From contig JAJRRU010000014.1 in NCBI GenBank assembly GCA_024279135.1, forward strand, positions 23,351-87,350: a DNA stretch of 64,000 nucleotides, in the 5' to 3' direction. Under the pieces are notes generated by a model. That model was not told the DNA's origin, did not search any database, and saw only the letters and a list, made by a program, of their open reading frames with translations. Shown here in pieces: positions 9,578 to 18,836 of this stretch (the stretch's first letter is position 1; each line of letters starts with the position of its first letter). Origin of the DNA: Alphaproteobacteria bacterium (lineage in GTDB: Bacteria; Pseudomonadota; Alphaproteobacteria; Rhodospirillales; Casp-alpha2). The translations under genes and the position numbers were made by a program.

Positions 9578-10405
9578 ATGCCTTATAACACAGAATACGC
9601 ATCACTACTTGAGCTCTTTATCAAGCTTGTTGAATCGCAAGCTGGAAGAGAAATAAAACCCAATGAAGTTTGGCTTAATGATGCACAGGTACTCGCAACA
9701 AAACTTTTTAAGCACCTCGTTGCAATGCAAACGTTGCATCTTGGCACAACGGTCAGGCGTGACAACGAAACAGATTTTACCTTTGTTGATCACGGATCAA
9801 TAAAGGTCGTCACGCGCGCCGCATTCGAAACTTACCTTGTCTTCTTCTATCTTTACGGAAACTCTGATCGTGCTTTAAGTGAGTTCAGGCATAAAACATG
9901 GCATCTTGGTGGGCTGATTGATCGTCAAAAATTTCATGCTTCCAGCTCTCAGGCCCGTGAAACACTAATCGATGAGAAGGAGCAAATTGACAAATTAAAA
10001 TCTGAGGTCACCAATTCAACTCAAATATGTGATTACACTGGCAAACAAATAAAACGATTGCTCGGAGGTGAATGGAGAATTGGAAGCGGTTGGTTAGATC
10101 TAGGCATAAGTGCTGGCTTTCATAAAGAGTATTTCAAGAACATTTATGGTTATCTCTGCGGGTACTCTCACTCCAGCTATCTTAGTGCGCTACAGATAGG
10201 GCAAGCTCAATCAATTGAAGATCAAAAGATGCTTTCTGAGGCCATGCTAGGGGTAGGCGTTGTCGTCATGGCTCACTTTACCTTTAGCTATTCAAATACC
10301 TTCAGCACCGCAAATAACGTCCTTTTGGCTAACCCAGCAGCAAAATCTATTGCTGAAAAATGGAAATTTGGACCAGAGGACATGTCCAAAATCTATGGCA
10401 ATTAA
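9578..10405 (+). CDS. hypothetical protein (possibly DUF5677-like), low GC
   Basis: 275-aa ORF with weak resemblance (..TRAAFETYLVFFYLY.., ..YGYLCGYSHSSY..) to DUF5677-type helical proteins. The assignment is not secure. Confidence 0.4.
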   Translation: MPYNTEYASLLELFIKLVESQAGREIKPNEVWLNDAQVLATKLFKHLVAMQTLHLGTTVRRDNETDFTFVDHGSIKVVTRAAFETYLVFFYLYGNSDRALSEFRHKTWHLGGLIDRQKFHASSSQARETLIDEKEQIDKLKSEVTNSTQICDYTGKQIKRLLGGEWRIGSGWLDLGISAGFHKEYFKNIYGYLCGYSHSSYLSALQIGQAQSIEDQKMLSEAMLGVGVVVMAHFTFSYSNTFSTANNVLLANPAAKSIAEKWKFGPEDMSKIYGN

Positions 10406-10410
10406 CTATC

Positions 10411-10439
10411 CGAGTATACGAGTATACGAGTATACGAGT
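10411..10439. repeat. 8-bp tandem repeat CGAGTATA x3.6
   Basis: The sequence reads cgagtata cgagtata cgagtata cgagt and starts 6 nt after the stop of the 275-aa ORF. Confidence 0.85.
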
Positions 10440-10619
10440 CCTTGAAAATTTGGATAAGCTCCCTTGTCTAACCATTTTTGCAGTTTGCCAAATCAAAAAA
10501 TATCTAGCGTCATTACCACGCTGACGAATCCCACATAAGATTCGCAAAAAAGTTTACACACTAAACAGCACTTTCCGATTTTCAGTCATAAATAGGGTAA
10601 ACTTCCTATAAAAATTACC

Positions 10620-10662
10620 TGTGGATAACTGTCATGTTTTCTGTGGATAAGTCTGTTGATAA
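10620..10662. promoter_or_regulatory. three same-orientation DnaA boxes (oriV component)
   Basis: TGTGGATAA occurs at 10620-10628 and 10642-10650 and is the perfect complement of TTATCCACA. TGTTGATAA at 10654-10662 has 1 mismatch. Confidence 0.7.
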
Positions 10663-10673
10663 CCGCTTTTCGT

Positions 10674-10737
10674 GATTCGTACTATCACATGCAAAGATTC
10701 GTACTATCACATGCACGACTTCGTACTATCAGGTGCA
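10674..10737. repeat. iterons: 3 direct repeats at exact 22-bp spacing (oriV component)
   Basis: TTCGTACTATCACATGCA occurs at 10676 and 10698. TTCGTACTATCAGGTGCA occurs at 10720. The first two copies extend to the 20-mer GATTCGTACTATCACATGCA. Confidence 0.75.
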
Positions 10738-10767
10738 ACTATGTTTTCAACATATTGATTTTATTGA

Positions 10768-10810
10768 CAAAAACTTGGGGTAAAAACTTATAAAAACTTA
10801 TAAAAACTTC
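10768..10810. repeat. AT-rich tandem 10-mers (TAAAAACTTA x3 plus a partial copy), candidate DNA-unwinding element
   Basis: The sequence reads caaaaacttg ggg taaaaactta taaaaactta taaaaacttc and lies directly downstream of the iterons. Confidence 0.55.
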
Positions 10811-10966
10811 TTGGTAGTTGGTCCCTGAGAATTTTCCGCTTTCCCGCCTCAATCAAAAAATACTGAAACTTTTTTTTTGGATAGCAGGAGATAGCAGGGC
10901 TTCTCTGCGCATCTCTTGCGATAGCTACACATAGCTTAACATATTGTTTTCATTGATTTTTCTTAT

Positions 10967-10994
10967 TTGACATTCAAAAAAAACTGCGCTTAAT
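10967..10994 (+). promoter_or_regulatory. candidate sigma70 promoter for the tra operon
   Basis: TTGACA (10967-10972), 16-nt spacer, CTTAAT (10989-10994), about 37 nt upstream of the traA start. Confidence 0.3.
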
Positions 10995-11030
10995 CTCCGG
11001 CAACATTCATCAACCAAGGGGAGAGCGTAG

Positions 11031-11384
11031 ATGCTCAACGACCACAATTCCGTTTGTCATGTCAAACAGGCTCCAACGTATTTCGGGCGGAACACCACAC
11101 AGCTTGTCACCATCGTGGGACTTGCCATCGTCCTGTCTGTTGTTGCCTCAAGCATGGCGCAGGCCGGAACAGGCGGCACCGAGTTTGATGCTGTCAACAA
11201 TCGCATTGTTGATATGGTCGAAGGGGGTGGTGGTAAACTTGCTGCCGGGCTGGGGCTGGTTGCCGCTCTGGCAACTTCGGTTATTCGTTTCAACATCTGG
11301 TCGGTGATCGGCGCGTTTGGTGTCGGGGCTTTGGCTGGATACGGCATTCCTATCGTTACCTCCTCCGTTTCCGCGATCATATAA
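11031..11384 (+). CDS. traA: F-type propilin (TraA-like)
   Basis: 117 aa, first gene before traL/E/K/B. It has a long leader ending ..SSMAQA followed by a roughly 71-aa Gly/Ala-rich two-TM mature part. Confidence 0.55.
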   Translation: MLNDHNSVCHVKQAPTYFGRNTTQLVTIVGLAIVLSVVASSMAQAGTGGTEFDAVNNRIVDMVEGGGGKLAAGLGLVAALATSVIRFNIWSVIGAFGVGALAGYGIPIVTSSVSAII

Positions 11385-11386
11385 TC

Positions 11387-11665
11387 ATGGAAGCCTTCGT
11401 GATCCCTCGTCGCCTCGACGAGCCGGAACGCTGGATGTTCTGGACGGTCGATGAAGCCCTGACCATGCTGGTTCCCGTCATAACCGGCATGATGACCGGG
11501 TTTCTGCTGCCCGGTGCGGTGATCGGGATTGGCGGGTTTGTTCTCATTCGTCGCCTCAAGGGCAATGGGCAAGCCAATCTGGGGCTTTATGCGCTCTACT
11601 GGTTTTTCCCCAACGTCTTCAATTTCCGTGCGACACCGCTTTCAGCCATTCGCAGGTACGTGTGA
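11387..11665 (+). CDS. traL: type IV conjugative transfer system protein TraL
   Basis: 92 aa with PRRLDEPERWMFWTVDEA and one TM segment. It occupies the traL position. Confidence 0.8.
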   Translation: MEAFVIPRRLDEPERWMFWTVDEALTMLVPVITGMMTGFLLPGAVIGIGGFVLIRRLKGNGQANLGLYALYWFFPNVFNFRATPLSAIRRYV

Positions 11666-12216
11666 TGGAACATTCCAGTCACAACACCCAACTTCATGTC
11701 GCCACCGTTTGGCGCAATCTGCTGCTGGTCGGCATGGGCCTGAGCCTTTCAGTCAATCTGGTGCTTGGTCTCGTCGTTCTCGACAAACGCGAAAGCATCA
11801 TCGTTGTTCCTTCACCTGCCGGACAGACTTACCAGCTTGGCGATACGGTCAACGCGGCCTATCTCGAAGACATGGGCCGGGATGTGGCTCTGACGTTTCT
11901 CAACGTCCATCCCGGAACCACCGATTACGTTCGCGATGCAATATTGAAAATTGCCCATCCCGCTTTTTACGGCGAGTTCAAACGCCATTTCGATGGCTGG
12001 TTGACCGACATCAAAAGTCGAAAACTTTCGACCGCCTTCTACCTCACCACCATTACCGCCGATACGCAAAAACTCAGTGTTCGTGTCACCGGAGTTCTCA
12101 AGAGTTTCATTGGCAAGTCCCAGGTTGATGCGGAGCAAGTTGCCTACATCATCGGCTTCAACAATGCAGCCGGGCGCCTGACCCTTTCCCGCTTTGAAGA
12201 GGAGCAACCACAATGA
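11662..12216 (+). CDS. traE: F-type conjugal transfer protein TraE
   Basis: 184 aa with an N-terminal TM segment, overlapping traL by 4 nt and in the expected gene order. Confidence 0.8.
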   Translation: MMEHSSHNTQLHVATVWRNLLLVGMGLSLSVNLVLGLVVLDKRESIIVVPSPAGQTYQLGDTVNAAYLEDMGRDVALTFLNVHPGTTDYVRDAILKIAHPAFYGEFKRHFDGWLTDIKSRKLSTAFYLTTITADTQKLSVRVTGVLKSFIGKSQVDAEQVAYIIGFNNAAGRLTLSRFEEEQPQ

Positions 12217-12932
12217 ACAGGATGATCCTGTCCGCAATTGTAATGGCTGCGGTTCCTTTCAGCGCCCATGCTTTGCAAATCAAGCAAGCCACCGAGAACG
12301 GGCAGATTACCGCCATTGTCTCCGCGCAAGAAATCAGCCGGGTAAGTCTGTCAAAAGACCGTATTCGCATGGTCAACGGTGATCCCGAAGTGGACATCAC
12401 CCATGACTCCGAGACTGGCGATGTTTACCTCAAACCCGCTACAGCGCCGCTTACCAAGCCGCTGAACCTGTTCATCTCGACCGAGAAGGGCTTCACCTAT
12501 CAGCTTTTGTTGATGCCAGAGAAGGTGCCATCCGAGCAAATCATCATCCGCAATGAAGATGCTTTCGATGGCTCTGAGGACGCGCAGGTTTGGGAAAGCA
12601 AAACTACGTTTCATGCCACCATCATCGACGTGCTGAAGGCCACAATCGGCGGGGTTAATTTGCCCGCAGGTTATAAGAAAGAGGTCTTCAAGAAGGAAGA
12701 CGTAGATCGCCGTGAACATCTGATTTTAAGCCGCAAGTACGCCATTTCTGGATCGGCCCTGCAAGGGATCGCCCTTGAAGTTCGCAACACGGGCAAAATC
12801 ACCACAACGCTGAGTGAGCGCGACCTTTACAGCCCCGAACAGGCCGCAATCTACCTGCCACACCGCAAGCTGGAACCGGGCGCAACCGTCACAGTTTATC
12901 TGGTGCGTCGTCGTGGGGGAACCAGTCAATGA
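12213..12932 (+). CDS. traK: F-type secretin-like protein TraK
   Basis: 239 aa with a signal peptide. It overlaps its neighbours by 4 nt (ATGA with traB) and sits between traE and traB. Confidence 0.8.
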   Translation: MNRMILSAIVMAAVPFSAHALQIKQATENGQITAIVSAQEISRVSLSKDRIRMVNGDPEVDITHDSETGDVYLKPATAPLTKPLNLFISTEKGFTYQLLLMPEKVPSEQIIIRNEDAFDGSEDAQVWESKTTFHATIIDVLKATIGGVNLPAGYKKEVFKKEDVDRREHLILSRKYAISGSALQGIALEVRNTGKITTTLSERDLYSPEQAAIYLPHRKLEPGATVTVYLVRRRGGTSQ

Positions 12933-14269
12933 AAACCCGTGCAAACGAGCTGCTGCAACGCACCACCAACCAGCAAAAGGCCGCTTTTGGCGTTTGTGCC
13001 GTGATTGTCGGTGTCGGGTTGATGTGGTTCTTCGATAGTGGCGAACCTTCCAATCGTTCCGTCCATAACGGCGATAGTGAAACCACCCGGATCGTCGCCG
13101 ATCTGACCCGAGGTGCGCGGGCCGAACGCTCATGGCTCGACATATCGGAAAACCGTTTCACCGATATGGAAGCCCGCCTCAAGCGGCTGGAACTGGAACG
13201 CCAAAAGCTGGAAAAAGACAATGAACTTCTCGCACAACGAAACGAAGAAATGGCTACAGATGCCAATCAGGCGATTGACGCGCAGGCTGAGGAAATCGAG
13301 CGCCTGCGCCACCAAGTCGAGACGATCTCGCAAGGCACGCAAGGGCAAGTCAGCGCCGGACAGCAAAGTGAGCAACAAGACGGGCAAGCGTCAGAAATAA
13401 CGACCAGCCCAAACCTGAGCAATTTGCCAGCCGCCATCACGGGAAACCCTTTCGAGCGCGCCCGCAATGACCTGGCCCCGAAAGTTCGTTCGCGCAACGA
13501 TCTGCGCTCTGGTCGCGATGCCAGAACGGACGAATCTCCCAAAGCCGCCAATTTAATCCATTTTAATCTGGGTGAACGTGAAGGGGGAAGCAAAGACCTC
13601 GACCGATATATCCCGGCTGGTGCTTACGCCCCCGCAGAAGTTATCAGCGGTGTGGATGCAGCGGTCGGGGTCAATGCCCAGGCCGATCCGCGCCCGGTGC
13701 TATTTCGTATCACTGGCCCTGCCGTGACTGCCGCCCTTGGTTCCACTCGCCAGACTGCCGACATCAAGGGCTGCACCGTCACAGGTGCCGCCTTCGGTGA
13801 TCTGTCTTCCGAAAAAGTCTATGTGCGCCTTCAAACCATGACCTGCTCACGCCGCCACGGTCAGGTGTTTGAAACCGAAGTGCAAGGTTACATGGCAGGA
13901 GCTGGCAAGGCTGGCGTTCGCGGTGTGGTTGTTAGCCGTGAAGGCGCGCTGGTCGCTCAATCCTTCGTCGCCGGAGCCGTGAGCGGAATTGGTGGCGCCG
14001 CCGCAGAAGCCATGCAGCCACAAGTGATTGATACAGGCGTAGGTGTCACCACAGGCCAGCAACAAATCACCGACATCCTCAAGGGTGGCATCGGCCAGGG
14101 CCTCGATAATGCAGGCAGCAAGGTCTCCGATTATCTGGTCAAACGCGCCGAGCAATATCAGCCCGTCGTCATTATGCAAGCGGGAACCCGTGTCGAACTG
14201 GTCTTTATCAAAGGCGTAGAGCTGAACCCTGACGGGCAAATTAAAACTGTTAAACGGGATACAAAATAA
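12929..14269 (+). CDS. traB: F-type TraB (VirB10-like)
   Basis: 446 aa with an N-terminal TM segment, a coiled coil and a conserved C-terminal domain (..VYVRLQTMTC..GVRGVVVSREG..AGTRVELVFIKGV). Confidence 0.9.
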   Translation: MKTRANELLQRTTNQQKAAFGVCAVIVGVGLMWFFDSGEPSNRSVHNGDSETTRIVADLTRGARAERSWLDISENRFTDMEARLKRLELERQKLEKDNELLAQRNEEMATDANQAIDAQAEEIERLRHQVETISQGTQGQVSAGQQSEQQDGQASEITTSPNLSNLPAAITGNPFERARNDLAPKVRSRNDLRSGRDARTDESPKAANLIHFNLGEREGGSKDLDRYIPAGAYAPAEVISGVDAAVGVNAQADPRPVLFRITGPAVTAALGSTRQTADIKGCTVTGAAFGDLSSEKVYVRLQTMTCSRRHGQVFETEVQGYMAGAGKAGVRGVVVSREGALVAQSFVAGAVSGIGGAAAEAMQPQVIDTGVGVTTGQQQITDILKGGIGQGLDNAGSKVSDYLVKRAEQYQPVVIMQAGTRVELVFIKGVELNPDGQIKTVKRDTK

Positions 14270-15021
14270 TGCTTAAAACGAAACTTCTCATAAGCTCCAC
14301 CCTTGCGGCCCTGTTGATGACAACGACCGCTATGGCAGACGAACTGGACGATGTTCGTGCCGCTTTGAAAGAAACCCTGCCAGGCACTGAAATCACGTCC
14401 CTGCGTAAATCACCGATCCCTGGATTGTATGAGATGGTGACGGGAAAGAACCTGTTTTATGTGGACAAGGCTGGTAAATATTCTGTTATCGGTACTCTTT
14501 ACAATCTCGCCACACATGAAAATTTGACTTCCAAACGATTGGCCGAGTTGGGCTATGCCCCCAAGGAAGAAAAAGCTGTCGAGGTTCCCTCAACCTCGAT
14601 CCCTTGGGACAAGTTGCCAAAAGATGCGGCTATCATCGAGAACGCTGGCGGCAAATACAAGCTGGCTGTCTTCACCGACATCAATTGCCCATACTGCCAG
14701 CGCCTTGCCGACATCCTCAAGGAAATGCCGGAAGTCGAGGTCCACACTTATCTGATTACGTTATGGAAGCGATCCGTCGCTCCCACGAAGGCGGTTCTCT
14801 GCGCCGAGGACAAGGTGGCTGCGTTACATGCCGCCTATAAAAACGATACACCCGAGTTTGCCGAGAACTGCACGACTGATGTTCTGGGTCGGATAACCGC
14901 CTTCACCTCCTTGCACGGGATTTCCGGCACCCCGTTTCTGGTTCGCTCCGATGGCGCGACAAGCGCCGGGCTTCGCAGCAAGGAGTTCCTGATTGATTGG
15001 TTGAAGGAGGCGGAACAATGA
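14269..15021 (+). CDS. DsbC-like thiol:disulfide interchange protein
   Basis: 250 aa with a signal peptide, a CPYC active site (DINCPYCQRL) and a DsbC-like N-terminal dimerisation region. Confidence 0.8.
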   Translation: MLKTKLLISSTLAALLMTTTAMADELDDVRAALKETLPGTEITSLRKSPIPGLYEMVTGKNLFYVDKAGKYSVIGTLYNLATHENLTSKRLAELGYAPKEEKAVEVPSTSIPWDKLPKDAAIIENAGGKYKLAVFTDINCPYCQRLADILKEMPEVEVHTYLITLWKRSVAPTKAVLCAEDKVAALHAAYKNDTPEFAENCTTDVLGRITAFTSLHGISGTPFLVRSDGATSAGLRSKEFLIDWLKEAEQ

Positions 15022-15536
15022 TCCGGCTGTCTCCCGCCCTTCTCATACTTGCCCTTTCCGGCTGCGCAGCCACCAACGCCAATGTCTCCGGCGAATGGGA
15101 CTGCCCGGCCCAACAAGGTCGTGCTTGCACGACAATCGAAGAGGCGGACACCCTTTCCAGTCGCTCTTCGATTTCCTCCACCGCCGTCTCGGTAGCACCA
15201 CTGCCCCCTGTCATGTCGGGCAGCTCTACTGACACACTTGTTTCTGATCTCCCTGCAAGTGAGAGCCGTGATACTGGAGCCTCCAGTGCTACTGGTGAAT
15301 CCGAGATAGCGGCCCTTTTGGAAGGTGCGGCGCAAGTATCTTCGGCTGAAGACACCTTCCCTGTTCAGATACCACCCGTCCGTCAGGCCGAAATCCTTGG
15401 CAAGGTCTGGTTCTATCCGTTTGTCGATGACACTGACCATTACCACGAAGGCGGTTTTGTGCATGTCGTCCTGCGCTCTGCCGATTGGCAGACCAGCCCG
15501 AACCATATGTTCCCAACCAAGGGTGCGGTTGAATGA
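15018..15536 (+). CDS. traV: F-type lipoprotein TraV
   Basis: ATG 15018 follows AAGGAGG. The lipobox is LILALSGC, conserved Cys residues are present, and there is an ATGA overlap with the dsbC-like gene. Confidence 0.8.
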   Translation: MIRLSPALLILALSGCAATNANVSGEWDCPAQQGRACTTIEEADTLSSRSSISSTAVSVAPLPPVMSGSSTDTLVSDLPASESRDTGASSATGESEIAALLEGAAQVSSAEDTFPVQIPPVRQAEILGKVWFYPFVDDTDHYHEGGFVHVVLRSADWQTSPNHMFPTKGAVE

Positions 15537-17998
15537 ACGTATTCGACGCCATTAATCGCAAAATCAGCGGCCTGTTTGCAGACAACCAGTTGCTGGAGCC
15601 ACATGGCCCGCCTCCGGTTGACGAACCCATCATCGACCTGTTGCCATACCGGGCTTATGACGAACAAAGCGGGCTGTTTGTGAACCGCTCGTCCTGCGGC
15701 TTCATGCTGGAGATCGCACCCCTGACAGGTGCCACAGAAGAAACTATCAACCTGCTAACGGCTGCGTTCTCTGACAACATGCCGGAAAAGTCATCGTTAC
15801 AAGTCATGTGCTGGGCCTCGCCCCATATTGGCAGCATCCTCGATGACTGGCGCACAGCTCGTGACACATCACCGGAAGTCTATCAAATGCTGGCGGGCAA
15901 GCGCACCGATTACTTTGCGGGTAGTGGCTGGAAGACACCGCTAAAAGACACCGCCCACCTGTTGCGCAATTTCCGCATATTTATCGCTGGTTCGCTGCCG
16001 GGGTCTTTGGAGAAGAACAAAGCCATCCTGTCCGCCACCCGGCGTAATCTTCTAGGCTCGATGACCGGATTAGGGACTCCGGCCAAGGCCCTCGGCCCTG
16101 ACGAGTTCCTTGCCATCATGGATGAATGGTTGCGCCCGCTTCAGGAAGATCGGCGTGAGCCACCTGTCTGGCGCAGCATTGATCCCCTGCACCACCAGCT
16201 TAGTCATGGAGAATCTTCGATCTCCGTCCATCCGTGGCGGCTGGTGTTTAACGGCACCCATGATGTGCGCTGCCTGTCGATCCAGAACTGGCCGGAAGTT
16301 TGGGCGCAATGGCAAAACACCAATCTGATTGGCTCCCCCTACAGCGATTTCCAGCGTGTCCCAAGCCCGTTTTTGACCTGCCTCTCCTTCACGGTCGGCA
16401 CCGATGCGTCTGATAGTACGAGAGCAAACCTCAAAGCGGCCCGGTCCACCCAACAGGCCGATACCGATCTGGCGCGTTTCATGCCCATGATTAAAGAACA
16501 GGCGCAGGAATGGCGCTACATCGCGCAGAAAGTCCGCGAAGGTCACAAGCTGGCCCGGTGTTTCTATCAGGTCATCACTTACGCACCCTTGCGCCAGGGC
16601 GATGAAGCCGAACAGGCTGTGCGCTCTATATATAAGGCCAACGGGTGGCGCATGGCGCGGGATCGCTACGTTCAACTTCAATCGTTCCTCAACGCCATGC
16701 CGTTCTTTCCTTCCGAAGGCATGGCGGACGAACTGCAACGCCTTGGGCGCACAAAAACACTGGTCACATGGACCTGCGCCAACATCGCCCCCATGCAGGG
16801 CGAATGGAAGGGCATGGATTCACCATGCATGTTGCTGGTCGGTCGGCGTGGCCAACCCTTCTATTGGGACCCGTTCGCCAACAAGGAAGGCAACTATAAT
16901 GTGGCCGTGATCGGTAAGTCCGGCTCCGGCAAGTCTGTCTTCATGCAGGAAATGGTCGCCTCCATCGCCGGAAGTGGTGGACAGGTGATCGTGATTGATG
17001 ATGGCTATTCATTTATGAACTCGTGCCTGCTCCAGGGCGGGGATTTTGTCGAATTCTCCGGCGACAAGGAAGTCTGCCTTAACCCCTATTCGATCATCGA
17101 CGCCGAAGCCTTCGAGGGTGATCCCGAATACCGTGAAGGGGCCATGTCGATGATCTGCGGGCTGGTTCAGCAAATGTGTCGTACCAAATCCGAGACCGAT
17201 GATTTTGAAAACTCCCATATCGAACACGCCGTTGTCGAAGTCTGGCAAACCAAAGGAACCAGCGGAGAGATTAACGATGTGGGCAAGGTTCTGGAAGCCA
17301 GCAAGGACGACCGGATTAAGGATTTAAGCCACATGCTGCGCCCGTGTATGCGTGGCGGGGTGTATGAGCGTTACTGGAACGGTAAATGCACCCTCAAGAT
17401 TGGATCGCACCTGACCGTGTTTGAACTTTCCGGCATCAAGAGCCGCAAAGACCTTCAGGGGCTGGTTATGATGATGATGATGTTTTTGGCATCTGACTCC
17501 ATGTACCACGGAGATCGTCGCCGCAAGAGCGCCATCTTTATTGATGAAGCCTGGGACTTGCTTCACGGCCCTGCTTCCAAGGTGTTCATTGAAGGCCTGG
17601 CACGCCGCGCCCGTAAATATAACGGTGCGTTGATTACTGGAACCCAGACCGTCAATGACTATTACAAGAACGATGCTGCCCTCGCGTCCTATGAAAACAC
17701 CGACTGGATTTGCTTCCTTGCCCAGAAAGCCGACAGCATCAACTTCCTGAAAAACTCAGGCCGCATATCCGTGGACGAAACAATGGAGCGGGACATGAAG
17801 TCGCTCAAACGCTCCGGCTCGCATTATTCCGAAGTGATGATCCTCGGCCCTGGTGGTTACGGAATTGGTCGCCTGATGCTCGATCCGTTCTCGGTCAAAC
17901 TTTACTCCTCTACCGCCGACGACTTTGAAAACATCAAGCAGCTTCAGGCGCAAGGGATGTCTCTTGTGGAAGCTGTCGAACATTCAGCAAAAGGATAA
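15533..17998 (+). CDS. traC: F-type TraC ATPase (VirB4 family)
   Basis: 821 aa with Walker A GKSGSGKS and Walker B AIFIDEAWDL. Confidence 0.95.
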   Translation: MNVFDAINRKISGLFADNQLLEPHGPPPVDEPIIDLLPYRAYDEQSGLFVNRSSCGFMLEIAPLTGATEETINLLTAAFSDNMPEKSSLQVMCWASPHIGSILDDWRTARDTSPEVYQMLAGKRTDYFAGSGWKTPLKDTAHLLRNFRIFIAGSLPGSLEKNKAILSATRRNLLGSMTGLGTPAKALGPDEFLAIMDEWLRPLQEDRREPPVWRSIDPLHHQLSHGESSISVHPWRLVFNGTHDVRCLSIQNWPEVWAQWQNTNLIGSPYSDFQRVPSPFLTCLSFTVGTDASDSTRANLKAARSTQQADTDLARFMPMIKEQAQEWRYIAQKVREGHKLARCFYQVITYAPLRQGDEAEQAVRSIYKANGWRMARDRYVQLQSFLNAMPFFPSEGMADELQRLGRTKTLVTWTCANIAPMQGEWKGMDSPCMLLVGRRGQPFYWDPFANKEGNYNVAVIGKSGSGKSVFMQEMVASIAGSGGQVIVIDDGYSFMNSCLLQGGDFVEFSGDKEVCLNPYSIIDAEAFEGDPEYREGAMSMICGLVQQMCRTKSETDDFENSHIEHAVVEVWQTKGTSGEINDVGKVLEASKDDRIKDLSHMLRPCMRGGVYERYWNGKCTLKIGSHLTVFELSGIKSRKDLQGLVMMMMMFLASDSMYHGDRRRKSAIFIDEAWDLLHGPASKVFIEGLARRARKYNGALITGTQTVNDYYKNDAALASYENTDWICFLAQKADSINFLKNSGRISVDETMERDMKSLKRSGSHYSEVMILGPGGYGIGRLMLDPFSVKLYSSTADDFENIKQLQAQGMSLVEAVEHSAKG

Positions 17999-18003
17999 AA
18001 CCA

Positions 18004-18372
18004 ATGAATGAACTATCACCAAGTCCCGTTATTCACCCCGCCTTGAAAAGCCTGATTCGGGGTTTTCTCATCGCCCTGCTACTGGTCGGCTCCAACATCG
18101 CCGCCAACATCCTGTGGGAAATGTATAACCCCGTCCCGCGTCTGGTCACGGTCGATATCAACAGCATTGCCCGCACGTTCATCGCAGAAACCGCCAAGAG
18201 CGACCTCTCTGACGATGAGAAACGCAGCCAAACCAAAGCCTTTGCCAACCAGCTCGATGATGCCCTGCAAGGTCTGGCCGCACGTCAGGGCTCGATCATC
18301 CTGACCACCCCCGCCGTGATCGCCGGGGCTGAAGACATCACCGAGGCCGTAAGGAAAGGCCTGGCCAAGTGA
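18004..18372 (+). CDS. trbI: F-type TrbI
   Basis: 122 aa. ..VTVDINSIARTFIAETAKSDLSDDEKRSQTKAFANQLDDALQ..GSIILTTPAVIAGAEDITEAVRKGLA aligns by eye with F-plasmid TrbI (..ILVSPAVVQGAPDITREIQ..). Confidence 0.7.
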   Translation: MNELSPSPVIHPALKSLIRGFLIALLLVGSNIAANILWEMYNPVPRLVTVDINSIARTFIAETAKSDLSDDEKRSQTKAFANQLDDALQGLAARQGSIILTTPAVIAGAEDITEAVRKGLAK

Positions 18373-18836
18373 AACCCCGTTTCATCCTTTCCGGCTTTCT
18401 TGCCCTCGCAATTATGGGAACTGGCGTTCACTGGCTCCGAGGGCATGTGAAGCTGGCTTGGAACGAGACCGAAAGCCTGCCCCAACATCTGTTTTGGGTA
18501 CGCACTGACCAGAAGCCAGGCCGTGGTGATTACGTGATGTTTGAGCCACCAGCGCATTTGAACAGCCACTACGGCTTTATCAAGCGTGTCGCCGGGGTAG
18601 CAGGAGATCGCATCGAATTTAAAAACCAGATCACCACGGTTGCTGGAACCATGATCGGCATCGTTAAGAAAATTTCACGTAAGGGAAAGCCCTTGCACGC
18701 CACCCCCACCGGAGAAATTCCACCGGGATTTTATTTTGTTCACACTGACCATAGGGATAGCTATGACAGCCGCTACCAAAGCATTGGCCTTGTGCCTGAC
18801 GCTCGCATCATTGGCCGCGCTACTCCCTTGTTCTGA
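18369..18836 (+). CDS. S26-family signal peptidase (conjugative TraF-peptidase-like)
   Basis: 155 aa with NETESLP (catalytic Ser region), GFIKRVAGVAGDRI (Lys box) and SYDSRY. Confidence 0.75.
   Translation: MKPRFILSGFLALAIMGTGVHWLRGHVKLAWNETESLPQHLFWVRTDQKPGRGDYVMFEPPAHLNSHYGFIKRVAGVAGDRIEFKNQITTVAGTMIGIVKKISRKGKPLHATPTGEIPPGFYFVHTDHRDSYDSRYQSIGLVPDARIIGRATPLF

Noticed and set aside
10917-10930. R388-type nic site (..TGTCT/ATAGCC..) at TTGCG/ATAGCT
   Set aside because: Only the ATAGC pentamer and a 4-bp hairpin match. The spacing to the hairpin differs from my recollection of the R388 IR2-nic geometry. This is too weak to call a nic site, so it is kept only as one oriT candidate region.
11057-12128. 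171-aa minus ORF (11057..11572) and 199-aa plus ORF (11529..12128) overlapping traA/traL/traE
   Set aside because: They are Arg/Pro/Ser-rich alternative-frame products of GC-rich coding DNA. The annotated frames have family motifs, TM segments and coupled start/stop overlaps.
14835-16738. Long antisense ORFs (14835..15506, 14903..15355, 16070..16738) opposite the dsbC-like gene, traV and traC
   Set aside because: They have no motifs and shadow-frame composition, and they lie opposite strongly supported tra genes.
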